This document shows, piece after piece, positions 22,375-32,132 of a stretch of 64,000 bases of DNA. Positions within the stretch are counted from its first letter, which is position 1; each line of letters begins with the position of its first letter. The notes under the pieces were generated by a model. The model was not told where the DNA came from. It did not search any database and worked only from the letters and a program-made list of their open reading frames with translations. Source of the DNA: Monocercomonoides exilis PA203 (taxonomy: Eukaryota; Protista; Preaxostyla). The position numbers and the translations under genes were made by a program. Where the stretch lies: assembly GCA_001643675.2 (NCBI GenBank), contig LSRY02000003.1, positions 1,240,001 to 1,304,000 of the forward strand, in the 5' to 3' direction.

Positions 22375-25300
22375 TCATCCATTGCCAAACATGTCTTTCA
22401 TTTCATTCACTTCAATTTCCCCTTCCTTTTCGCTTTCCTTGCTCTCTCCGCCTTCATCCTGCTCCTCACTGCTTTCCTCAAGCATGATCGCATCTGTCAT
22501 CGTCACAACAAATGTCCCAGAAGGAAATAACCCAACCAGCTCTTTCTTCACTTCTGTGAGTGTTGGTCTTTTCGATGCCTCTGATGACAGACACGCATCA
22601 ACAACATTCTTCAACACGCTCTCTTCAATCCCTCTCTCATCCGGCTTCTCTCCATCAGCAATCTTCTGCCCTGCCACTTCCCCTTCGTATTCTCCAAACG
22701 GGATCTCGAGTGTCACACACTCCCACAGCATCATCCCAATCGAGAATGCCACCGACTTCTCTGTTGCTCCCATCTTCCTGTTCTTCACCAGCTCTGGCGC
22801 CTTCCACCTCAAACACTCCTTCCACTTATCCTCATCATCCTCAAATGCTGATGAGGGCAGAGAATCTCTTTCATCATCATCATCAACACTGGCAGATGTC
22901 ACGATCGTGGTTGATGTGATTGAGGATGAATCCGAATCATCAGATGACGAGGAGCAGTCGGAGTGGAGCGCAATGCAGATCACCATGTGCTCCGAGAACA
23001 GCACAATGTGCGGACTCAGCTCTCGCAAAGAGGGAAGTTCGTCTTCCTCATCTTCAAGCGAGTGCAACGCTCCATTCGCCACCCAGAACAGCATCTGTGC
23101 TCCCGTCACTTCTCTCTCCTTCAATGTGCCAATCGCCAGCTCTTTCTTCTCACTCCTCCCATGCAACAACATGAACAGCGAATCCCTCAAATCCACAATC
23201 AGCTTTTCATAAGGCGATGAACATGCCATTGCATCCACCAGATTCGACATCGATGAGGTTGTTGGACACAGATCCTCCCCTCGAACAAATGTGGTTTCTG
23301 TATCTGTTGATGAGATTGATGGTGATGGAATTTGCTTTTGTGTCTCTTCTTCCTTCTCTAATTCCCATTCTCCATTTTTATCTGAGTCTTGTCCAAGAAT
23401 GTATTCCGTTGATCCATTCTCAGCCAAAAGATATTCCGAAGACTCAGAATGATGCATTTTCTTTTCATATTCTCTCTTCTTTGTCCTCTCTTCATTCTTC
23501 TTCTCTGCCTCCCTCTCTACTCTCCTCCACTGTTCCTCAGGCGACATCTCCATCGTCACCATCTCAAATGCCTTCGGATCCTTTCTGATGTTATCATTCA
23601 CAATCTCTCTCAGATCTTCTGCTTCATTCTTGACCTTTCTCCATCGAACAGCCAAAACAACAATTATTGTCAGCAAAATTATAAATATGAAGCATGCAAT
23701 CACAATAACAATCCACCACGACTTCTTCTCATTTCCTCCTTCAACAATCCTTTCATCATCTTTTGGAGGAGTAATGCTCGCATTTTTCAGAATGAATGAA
23801 TTTGTTGAAGAAGGAGATTCTTCATTTCCAAACAAAACAGAAACACTCACCTCAACATCATTTCCACAACTGCTGATCAGATATTTTGCCACACTTCCTT
23901 CTGCTTCTCTTTCTGATAGAAATCCATTTGAATCAAAATCATGTTTTTCAATCTCTTTCTCTTCTCCCTTCCTCTTTACAATTGAGAATGACAGATTGCA
24001 TGGAACAAGAAGCAATCCTTTGAATATCAGTTTCATTCTGTCTGACTCTCCTTTTGCTTCAACACTGTCCAACACAGGAATGAATAATGATGAATCACTC
24101 TCTGAAACAATCCCTCCAAAACTGCACCCATCATTCAACATCCAAAGCGATGTATTTCTTTCCCATCCATCTCCTCCTTTCAAACTTCTAACATTCAATG
24201 TTCCTGCATCTGAACAGATGATATTTCTTCTCAATGATGGATATCCTTCAATAGTTGGATTATTGTTCTCAAATCTTCCATCAATAATAGTCAATGCCCC
24301 TCCACTCATTGTTATTCCACCCTCTGGTGTATTCGATATTGTTGTATCTTTCATCATCACAGAACTCCTCACAACATCAACAAGAGAACCATCCCATCTG
24401 CACATCTCTTCTTCAATATTCAACTGCTTCTCATTTCTTTCCTTTGAACTCCCATCAAAAATGCAGCTGTCCATTATCACATCTGTGCAATCCTCCACTT
24501 TCATCAATTTCCCTTTTGAAGTCTTTGAACTGACTCCACCCATTGTGCAATTTGTCAATTGCATCGTCTTTTTCATTGACAAGCAAGATATCAGTGATTC
24601 TCCATTTCCTTCAACTGTGATATTTTCTGTATTGAAATCCTTGATTGTTAATTGCCCGCATTCATTAATATCAATCAGAGAAGTTTTAATTGTAGAATTG
24701 CAAATTGATAATAAATAAATCACTGATGGAAGTTGAGAAGAAAGATGAAATGCAGATTCTTGAAGAATGAGATTTGATATTGTGCATCCATCAAGTTGTA
24801 ATTCTCCCTTTGCCACATTTATTATGTGAAATGGAATGACTGCTAATTCTTCATTAACTCCTTCTGTCAATTGTTTTGAACTGAATGAGCAATTCATTAT
24901 CTCAAGGATTCCTCCTTCTGGCAATATCAGTGATTCATGTGAAGAGATGAAAATTGAATCAAATACAAAATTCACTCTCAACAATGACACAGTTCCTGTT
25001 GTTGTTATCAAAGTCTCTCTCGTTCTTTCAATTCCTGATTTCACTTCAACTTCACAATTTTCCCTGCTCTTTGAACTCAAACTCATTTCCTTCAGATTTA
25101 TCTCTTCCCCAATCACACTCTCTTCAATCACAATCATTTGACTCATGAAATCTGAGGTCAAATGAATCAGGCCATGCTCAATCGAATAACATGGAAGTGT
25201 GTTTGTTCCGCATTGTCTCTCATTCGATCCATTCACACTGCTCACAACAATTGTGTCACTCTGATGAATCGTCACAAATCCAATTAGGTCTGTATCATCT

Positions 25301-28300
25301 TTGTTATCACACTCATCTCTTCCAAATATTGCATTACTGCGATTGTATTTCCCTTCTCGAAGATCAAATCGAAATTGGCTTTCATTGATCTGAGATGTGA
25401 TGTTGAAGCATTCAATGAAAATATCATTCCCGACTCTTGCTGTGTTTGAACTGAATTTCATACCCACAAATGTGAAGTTCAATTCTCCTCTTTCCTTTGT
25501 TGCCAAATACACTCCTCCTCCTCTTCCTGTATTGTTGCTGCAGCTGCAATGGCTGATTGTTGAGCCAATCATCTTCATTGATCCTGAAGCACCCAATGTG
25601 AATAATATTGCTCCTCCTTTTTCACTTGTTTCTGCTTTGTCTTCTGTGATGTTGCTCTCCTTTACAACCAAACAAATCTTTTTGTCACTCTTCGATTCCA
25701 AAATGCTTGCTCCATTGTCACTTCTCTTCACTTCTGAAAATGATGAATTATCAATATTGAGATTCATTTCCTCACCCACTTCATTTATCTTTGTTGTTAT
25801 TTCAGTTCCTTTGATCAGAAGAAGGCATCCGCCGCTTTCATTCAATGATTCCACTCGAACATTCACAAAATGGCAAGAAACTCCAGAATCATGATTGACA
25901 AAAATACTATTTCCAACATTGCATGATTCAATTGACAAATCGTTCACATCCACACTGCCTCCAATCGCATCCACAAACACACAATCAAATCCATTGTTCA
26001 CTCCTGCTTCTGAATAGAATGAACATCCACTTATCACCAAATCTCCATTTATATTTGAAATAATTGATTTGGCTGAGTTGTTAAATCCCGATTCCAGTTG
26101 CAGTTGGATATTCATCAATTCAAGATGTTCGTCATTTCCCATGAAATAATCCAGTTGACTTCCAACTGCCTTTTCAAAATTCAAAGTTGCTTTCGCATTT
26201 TCATCTCCCATCTTTACACTCTTTTTGATCTGATAATTGGACATGCTGAATGAATCTTGAATAATTGTTGATCCTTCAACCTGAATTGTTTTATTTCCAA
26301 TCTCCTTTTCCATATTTTTCATCCCTTTCCACATCGTTTTGCATGGCTCTTCCTCACTTCCACATCTTGCAACATCAAATCCTTCTGATGAGATAAATAT
26401 CTCAATTGAGCTGTATGGAATCAGAAACATGAACAAATCTTTGCTTGAATGAAAATCATCACTTCCAACAAACAGAGTTTCATCATCCTTCATTGATGAG
26501 TAATCAAACTTAAACGCATCGTTTGTTACAGAAGAATTAAAATCCTTTCCCAAAATAAACACATTCTTTCCATTGGCTGCTTTGTTGTTTGCAAACAAAA
26601 CGTTTTCCAAAAGAAATGGCTTCTCATTCAAACAATTTTGGCAATCCAGATGCAAGAATCCTCCTTTTCCATTCCCTGTTGAAAGCGAACAAGAAGATGC
26701 ATTTGGTGATTTCATCACCAAATCTTCTTCATTTATTAATGTAACTCTTGCAACACCTCCTTCTCCACTTCCAGTGTTCACAATGTTTGAAAAGTTGCTG
26801 TTTTCAAACAAAACAGAAGAAGCCATCGCCAAGGGAGATTTGGCAAATGAACAATCTGCCAAACTGCATCCTTTCAATGTGCAACTTCCACTGGTTGTGG
26901 TTATCCATGAGAATTGAATAATATCTGTTGATCGGATCTCAAATAAACAGTTTTCGAGTTGAAGATCTCCACTCGATGAGATCAGTGTATTTATACTTGG
27001 TACAAATTGACTTGGAATCTGCAACTTCAAAGATAATAAGCCTAGTGAAGCAGTTGATGAAATCACAGCTGTCGCAGAATCTCCATTTATTGTCTCTTTA
27101 AACTGAACAGGCCTGCGTTTGATGGCATCTTCCTCACTCACACACCCATCAATCGCAAGTGCATCTGTGAATGAATAAACATGTTCAATTGTACCTTCAT
27201 CTTTCACTTTCACTTTCCTTTCTCCATCTGTTCCACTTCTGTCAATGTGGTCAATTCCACTTTTCATTGATTGACATGGGAATATTTCACTTCCACATCC
27301 CAATGTGTCATGACCACCAGTCGACACAGACACAACCACCCACTTCAAAGAAACAAGAAATATTCGAAGATCCATTTCTCCATATTTTCCATCTTTCCCA
27401 ACATATGCATTCTCATCATTAGAATATCCCGAGTAATCAAATGCAAAACGCTCTATTTTTACACTGTTCACCAGACTGCCGCTCTTCACAAACATGTTCT
27501 TCCCAACTGTTGCACTGCATCCAGAAAACGATATCGATGACAGTTGAAATCCTCCTTCATTCAGACTGCAATCCAGATGTATCCCTCCCCCTTTTCCTCC
27601 CTCACTCTTATTCTCACAAACACATCCAGTAAATGAACTCTCTTGAATTGTAATATATCCTCCTTCGCTCAACAATATTTTCAGTGCTCCTCCTTCTTTG
27701 CTCTTTTCTGATAAAGCCCCGTTAATTGTACTTCCATTCATAACCATTCCAACTCCCACACTCCCTCCAAATACTGTTGCCTCTTCACCTCCATCAATCT
27801 CCAATCTTTGCAGTGTGCAATTTAATAGTTTCACTTTGTATTCCTGATCATTCACATTTGCTGATGAAAGTGAAAATGAAAACAACGAAACTGTTGATTT
27901 CACATCTGAAATCGTGACAAAGTCTAATTCAACCATCTTCCCTGTTGATTTGATCAAGAAAAACCCAATTGTGTTTCCCTTCCCTCCAATCACACTCATC
28001 TTACTGTTCTTCATGTTGAGCTCACCGTTTTGAGTGCTCGATTCGATCACCGATAAGATTGCTCTGTTTAAACTTGATGGAACAACAATCCCAATGAACT
28101 CCATTTCTGTCAACATTGTTGATTTCAGAATGCATTCTTCAGATCCACTCACTTCTGTTAGGCATTCAATTTCCACAATTGTCTCAGTTTTTGCCTTCAT
28201 ACACATTCCTCCCACATCTGCACACCCAGTAATATTAGATTTTTCACACACAACAATCTCCTCTTTAACATTCAGTGTTCTTTTCAAACGCCCCATCCCA

Positions 28301-31300
28301 TAATTAACATTCTTACAAGGTGCTTTCTCCAGTCCACAATACACCTCTTCCACTCCGGATGTGCCATCTACAAATATTGTATCATCAAAGAAACCATCGA
28401 AGAATATAAACAAATCGATATTCCAATCACCGAATGCTTCTGTTCTATCATGTCCAACAACCGAGTTGTCTTTCTGAGTGATGCTTGTCATGAAGGTGAA
28501 CAAGGGCTCTTTCACAGAAGCGACAAATGACTCACACACAAAATACATATCTCTTCCGACACTCGCTTTGTTGGCTGAAAACACAATATTGGTTATGGAA
28601 AAGGTTGTGGATGACACTTGTGAGCCATGGTTGAACTCGATCATGAGAGCACCGCCTCTTCCTCCAGAACTTGTATCCTCGCTCACAGAGCAGGTGGAGA
28701 AGATGGTGTCACTCACCGAAAACGAGTTGGCAGGGGCAGATGAGGCGAATGAGATGCACCCGCCATTGGTGGGAGTCTGTTGGCTCAACTGTTCTGAGTT
28801 GATGTTGGTGATGGTGCAGTTGGCGAGGGAGAGGGAGAGGGCAGGGGAGGTGGCAGAGGAGAGGACACAGCTGGTGGGGGTGGCTGTGGAGGTGATGTGG
28901 GTGATGTTGGAGGAGTTGAGGGTGAGGGGGTTTGTGAGGAAGGCGAGGTGGAAGATGCTTTGGCTGTTGAGGGCGAGTTGGGTGATTGCTGTGTGGTTGA
29001 GGGCGAGGGAGCCAGCAGTGAGGAAGAAGAGGGGGGTTGTGATTGATGATGAAGATGGGGTTGTTCCGGTGATGGTGGTTGTGTTGAGATTGAGGGAAGG
29101 GGAGTTATCAGAGAGGTGGAAGAGGATGGGGGTGATTTGGTTTGTGGAGTTGTGGGCGATGGCGAGGGCAGAGACTGTAAGGGAGCCCTGGGTCTGTTGG
29201 AAGAGGGCAGACGAGGCAGATGGATCTGGTGAAGAAGATGTTGATAATGATGACAAGGATGAAAGAGATGATGTTGATTGCGATGACTGTGAATGTGAGT
29301 TTTGTGGTTGAGGAATGCCACTGGAGGCGATGGTGGTGGCATCTGTGCCGTTTCCGGTGATTTTAGTGTCAACAGCGCTGAAAGTAAGTGTTTGAGTTGG
29401 AACAAATGTTGAGGTGAGGAGGGTGAGGGAGGCGTCTTGGAGGAGGGAAATGAAGCCGGTGAGGGCATACTCGATGGTGGCACATGGGGTCTGTTGGGGT
29501 CTGCCACAGGCATCAGCATCACTTCCACTGTTGGCAACGATTTTGTTCTGGGCGATGAGTGGGAGCCAGCCATTGTACTCAGTGTTATCAGCTGTATTGT
29601 TATTCCACACTCTTTGTGTTGGGGTTGTTGAACCACAATTCTCGAATGGGGATTGTGTGATGCTATTTCCGTAAAAGAACACATCATTTCCCCTGCCATT
29701 TGCAGCAGTATTACTATCGAAGAAGCAGAAAGTGATGAATTTGAACCCGCTCATCCAGAAATATGTGTGTCTGAAAAACATTGCAGCACCTCCCCATGAT
29801 GTTGATGAACTTGTCAATTTGTTATTTATAAACTGACAATCATCAATCAAAAATTGATTTGGCTTGTTATTCGGAGGAGAATTGAATGTAAGAGAACCAG
29901 CAGAATCACCACCTGAATTGGCAATGCACTTGCATTTGGAAAACAGGAATTGAGCACTTGTTGGTGTACTTCCCATGTTAAAATACCAACCAGTTCCACA
30001 CCAATTTGTTATTGAACAACTTTCCACTCTGTTATCTGAGAACGTCCAAACAGAATTTGATTGTGGATTCCTTGCGTGAACTGCTCCTCCATGGGCAGCT
30101 GAACAGCTTGTGAAATTGGATTTTGTGATGTCAATTTTTAACAAACTATTGCAATGTAACGCTCCACCATGATCACTTGCCGAACATTTGTTGAATGAAC
30201 AAGAAGTGATTGTGAGATTTGCATTCAAGCAAGCAACATAAAGTGCTCCGCCCCATTCACTTTCGCTTTTTGAATTATTCCATTCACACCATTTGAAGAT
30301 ATAGCTATTCAAATCAGTAAAGGACAATCGAGTTAAATTCTCTCTGTGAGTTTCATTTCCAATATATTCAACGGGATCATTTGATGAAGAGCGTGTTTGG
30401 TGGAGGAAAGAGGCATTGAAGGCAGAGAGAGAAGTGGATGGGCTGTTGAGGTTGGGGAGAATGGCTCCATCAATGGGGTTGTGAGTGTGTTTGAAGATGG
30501 ATGAGTGAATGGAGATGGATGAGTGAAGGGAGAAGGAGGGGATTGAATTGGTGTTGGTGTTGGTGGAAGAGAGAGAAGAGGAAGAGGTGGTTGAGGTGAA
30601 TGGGTTGAGCGAGTGAGAGGGAAGGGATGGAAGAGATGGATGGGATTGGGGAGATGAGATGTTGGAGAAGAGGGTGTTTGAGAGATGGAGATTGAGGTGG
30701 ATTTGGAGGTGGGGATGGGATTGGTGATGGTTATGGAGAGGGGAAGGGGAAGAGAAAGAGGAAATCGAAGGGGAAATAGAAGGAGAAGGGGAAGTGGAAG
30801 AAGATGATGAGGATGAGGATGAGAAAGATGAAGGAGAAGGGGAAAGGGAAGGAGATGGAGAAGGGGAAGGGGAAGAGAGGGAAGAAGGAGAAAAAAGGAA
30901 ATGCTGGATGAGGGAGATGAATGAGGAGAAGAAGGAGTGGGAGATGGAGAAGGAGGCAGGGATTGGGGAGTGGGCATGTGAGAGGAGATTGTTTGGGGTG
31001 GAGAAGAGGGGGAAGGAGAGGATGGCAGGTTGGCGGGTGGTGAGGGAGAAGTTTGTGAGGGCGAGGGAGGCATGGGCAGAGAGGAAGAGGGGGCAGTGGT
31101 GGTGGTGGTTGTTGTTGGTGAGGGAAGGTGGGTGGATGGTGCAAGTGGAGGAGCAGATGGAGGCAGTGGAGTGATGTTGGGCAGTGAGGAGCGGACAGCC
31201 ACTGAGAGGGATGATGTTGAGATGGGTCACACACAAGGAGGTGTTGATGATATTTAGACTTGTTTGAATGCTGCAAATGTGATTGTCAGCTGGTTTTATT

Positions 31301-31482
31301 ACTTTCTTCAATGAATTGCAAAAATTATAGTTGTTATCTCTATTTTTATCTGCAATGCTGATCTTGCCTTCCTGCATCTCCTCGTTCCATTTTTGATGAT
31401 ATTGCGTTTCTTCAATGTTTTTGCCATAACTGCAGTTTTCAACAATTAATAGCAACGCAACAATATTGAATGCAGCTCTCAT
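22375..31482 (-). CDS. Full-length giant receptor-like pseudokinase (~3035 aa), paralog of 1-4892
   Basis: Single intronless ORF. Likely start at the second Met (MRAAFNIVALLLIVENCSYG, signal-like); the ORF track starts it at 31551. GGA(L/V) beta-helix-like motifs, five CGxxxx(x)PC modules, TM WWIVIVIACFIFIILLTIIVVLAV, kinase C-lobe remnant. Confidence 0.9.
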   Translation of the reverse strand: MRAAFNIVALLLIVENCSYGKNIEETQYHQKWNEEMQEGKISIADKNRDNNYNFCNSLKKVIKPADNHICSIQTSLNIINTSLCVTHLNIIPLSGCPLLTAQHHSTASICSSTCTIHPPSLTNNNHHHHCPLFLSAHASLALTNFSLTTRQPAILSFPLFSTPNNLLSHAHSPIPASFSISHSFFSSFISLIQHFLFSPSSLSSPSPSPSPSLSPSPSSFSSSSSSSSSTSPSPSISPSISSFSSPSPLHNHHQSHPHLQIHLNLHLSNTLFSNISSPQSHPSLPSLPSHSLNPFTSTTSSSSLSSTNTNTNSIPSFSLHSSISIHSSIFKHTHNPIDGAILPNLNSPSTSLSAFNASFLHQTRSSSNDPVEYIGNETHRENLTRLSFTDLNSYIFKWCEWNNSKSESEWGGALYVACLNANLTITSCSFNKCSASDHGGALHCNSLLKIDITKSNFTSCSAAHGGAVHARNPQSNSVWTFSDNRVESCSITNWCGTGWYFNMGSTPTSAQFLFSKCKCIANSGGDSAGSLTFNSPPNNKPNQFLIDDCQFINNKLTSSSTSWGGAAMFFRHTYFWMSGFKFITFCFFDSNTAANGRGNDVFFYGNSITQSPFENCGSTTPTQRVWNNNTADNTEYNGWLPLIAQNKIVANSGSDADACGRPQQTPCATIEYALTGFISLLQDASLTLLTSTFVPTQTLTFSAVDTKITGNGTDATTIASSGIPQPQNSHSQSSQSTSSLSSLSSLSTSSSPDPSASSALFQQTQGSLTVSALAIAHNSTNQITPILFHLSDNSPSLNLNTTTITGTTPSSSSITTPLFFLTAGSLALNHTAITQLALNSQSIFHLAFLTNPLTLNSSNITHITSTATPTSCVLSSATSPALSLSLANCTITNINSEQLSQQTPTNGGCISFASSAPANSFSVSDTIFSTCSVSEDTSSGGRGGALMIEFNHGSQVSSTTFSITNIVFSANKASVGRDMYFVCESFVASVKEPLFTFMTSITQKDNSVVGHDRTEAFGDWNIDLFIFFDGFFDDTIFVDGTSGVEEVYCGLEKAPCKNVNYGMGRLKRTLNVKEEIVVCEKSNITGCADVGGMCMKAKTETIVEIECLTEVSGSEECILKSTMLTEMEFIGIVVPSSLNRAILSVIESSTQNGELNMKNSKMSVIGGKGNTIGFFLIKSTGKMVELDFVTISDVKSTVSLFSFSLSSANVNDQEYKVKLLNCTLQRLEIDGGEEATVFGGSVGVGMVMNGSTINGALSEKSKEGGALKILLSEGGYITIQESSFTGCVCENKSEGGKGGGIHLDCSLNEGGFQLSSISFSGCSATVGKNMFVKSGSLVNSVKIERFAFDYSGYSNDENAYVGKDGKYGEMDLRIFLVSLKWVVVSVSTGGHDTLGCGSEIFPCQSMKSGIDHIDRSGTDGERKVKVKDEGTIEHVYSFTDALAIDGCVSEEDAIKRRPVQFKETINGDSATAVISSTASLGLLSLKLQIPSQFVPSINTLISSSGDLQLENCLFEIRSTDIIQFSWITTTSGSCTLKGCSLADCSFAKSPLAMASSVLFENSNFSNIVNTGSGEGGVARVTLINEEDLVMKSPNASSCSLSTGNGKGGFLHLDCQNCLNEKPFLLENVLFANNKAANGKNVFILGKDFNSSVTNDAFKFDYSSMKDDETLFVGSDDFHSSKDLFMFLIPYSSIEIFISSEGFDVARCGSEEEPCKTMWKGMKNMEKEIGNKTIQVEGSTIIQDSFSMSNYQIKKSVKMGDENAKATLNFEKAVGSQLDYFMGNDEHLELMNIQLQLESGFNNSAKSIISNINGDLVISGCSFYSEAGVNNGFDCVFVDAIGGSVDVNDLSIESCNVGNSIFVNHDSGVSCHFVNVRVESLNESGGCLLLIKGTEITTKINEVGEEMNLNIDNSSFSEVKRSDNGASILESKSDKKICLVVKESNITEDKAETSEKGGAILFTLGASGSMKMIGSTISHCSCSNNTGRGGGVYLATKERGELNFTFVGMKFSSNTARVGNDIFIECFNITSQINESQFRFDLREGKYNRSNAIFGRDECDNKDDTDLIGFVTIHQSDTIVVSSVNGSNERQCGTNTLPCYSIEHGLIHLTSDFMSQMIVIEESVIGEEINLKEMSLSSKSRENCEVEVKSGIERTRETLITTTGTVSLLRVNFVFDSIFISSHESLILPEGGILEIMNCSFSSKQLTEGVNEELAVIPFHIINVAKGELQLDGCTISNLILQESAFHLSSQLPSVIYLLSICNSTIKTSLIDINECGQLTIKDFNTENITVEGNGESLISCLSMKKTMQLTNCTMGGVSSKTSKGKLMKVEDCTDVIMDSCIFDGSSKERNEKQLNIEEEMCRWDGSLVDVVRSSVMMKDTTISNTPEGGITMSGGALTIIDGRFENNNPTIEGYPSLRRNIICSDAGTLNVRSLKGGDGWERNTSLWMLNDGCSFGGIVSESDSSLFIPVLDSVEAKGESDRMKLIFKGLLLVPCNLSFSIVKRKGEEKEIEKHDFDSNGFLSEREAEGSVAKYLISSCGNDVEVSVSVLFGNEESPSSTNSFILKNASITPPKDDERIVEGGNEKKSWWIVIVIACFIFIILLTIIVVLAVRWRKVKNEAEDLREIVNDNIRKDPKAFEMVTMEMSPEEQWRRVEREAEKKNEERTKKREYEKKMHHSESSEYLLAENGSTEYILGQDSDKNGEWELEKEEETQKQIPSPSISSTDTETTFVRGEDLCPTTSSMSNLVDAMACSSPYEKLIVDLRDSLFMLLHGRSEKKELAIGTLKEREVTGAQMLFWVANGALHSLEDEEDELPSLRELSPHIVLFSEHMVICIALHSDCSSSSDDSDSSSITSTTIVTSASVDDDDERDSLPSSAFEDDEDKWKECLRWKAPELVKNRKMGATEKSVAFSIGMMLWECVTLEIPFGEYEGEVAGQKIADGEKPDERGIEESVLKNVVDACLSSEASKRPTLTEVKKELVGLFPSGTFVVTMTDAIMLEESSEEQDEGGESKESEKEGEIEVNEMKDMFGNG

Positions 31483-32132
31483 GTGGGGAAGTACCTCGTT
31501 GCAATTGAGAATGCAGGAAAAATGGGGAAATGAAAAATTCCTGCGCCCCATATTATTTTATGAATTGTCATTTTTTTCAATGAGATAACTTTTTTCATCA
31601 ACCAATTTTCTTTTGAATATGTATTAAACATTATGTCTTGCTCTTGTAAATTATTATGAATGTTGAATCTCACTGAGTTGCACATATATTTGGAAAAAAA
31701 GATAAAACATATATCAAAATTTTGTATTATTTCCTAAAATATATATATATATTTATATAAGGAGAAAGTAAAAACACTATTTTAAAGATGATATGACTCG
31801 CAAAATAAAAACGAATTATTATTAATTTTTGAAGGTAAATCAGAACACAAAAAATATTTATTCCAATAAACTGTTGAAAAATTGAAAATCGACTTTAACA
31901 TAATCAAATAAAAACAACAATTAAATGAACACATAAAGCATGAGGTGTTAATGCTACAATTCAAACGATGCGAGAGTGCTCATTATAAAATTTCGTTCAA
32001 TTCCTCAATTTTCACTTCGGTTGCAATATTTCATCCATCTAAACATATTTATCTTTCATGAATGAACTTAATACAAAGTTCCAGTCAAGTATTTTTTCAC
32101 TTGGATTTTTGGAAATTATTCTCTTTTTTGTG

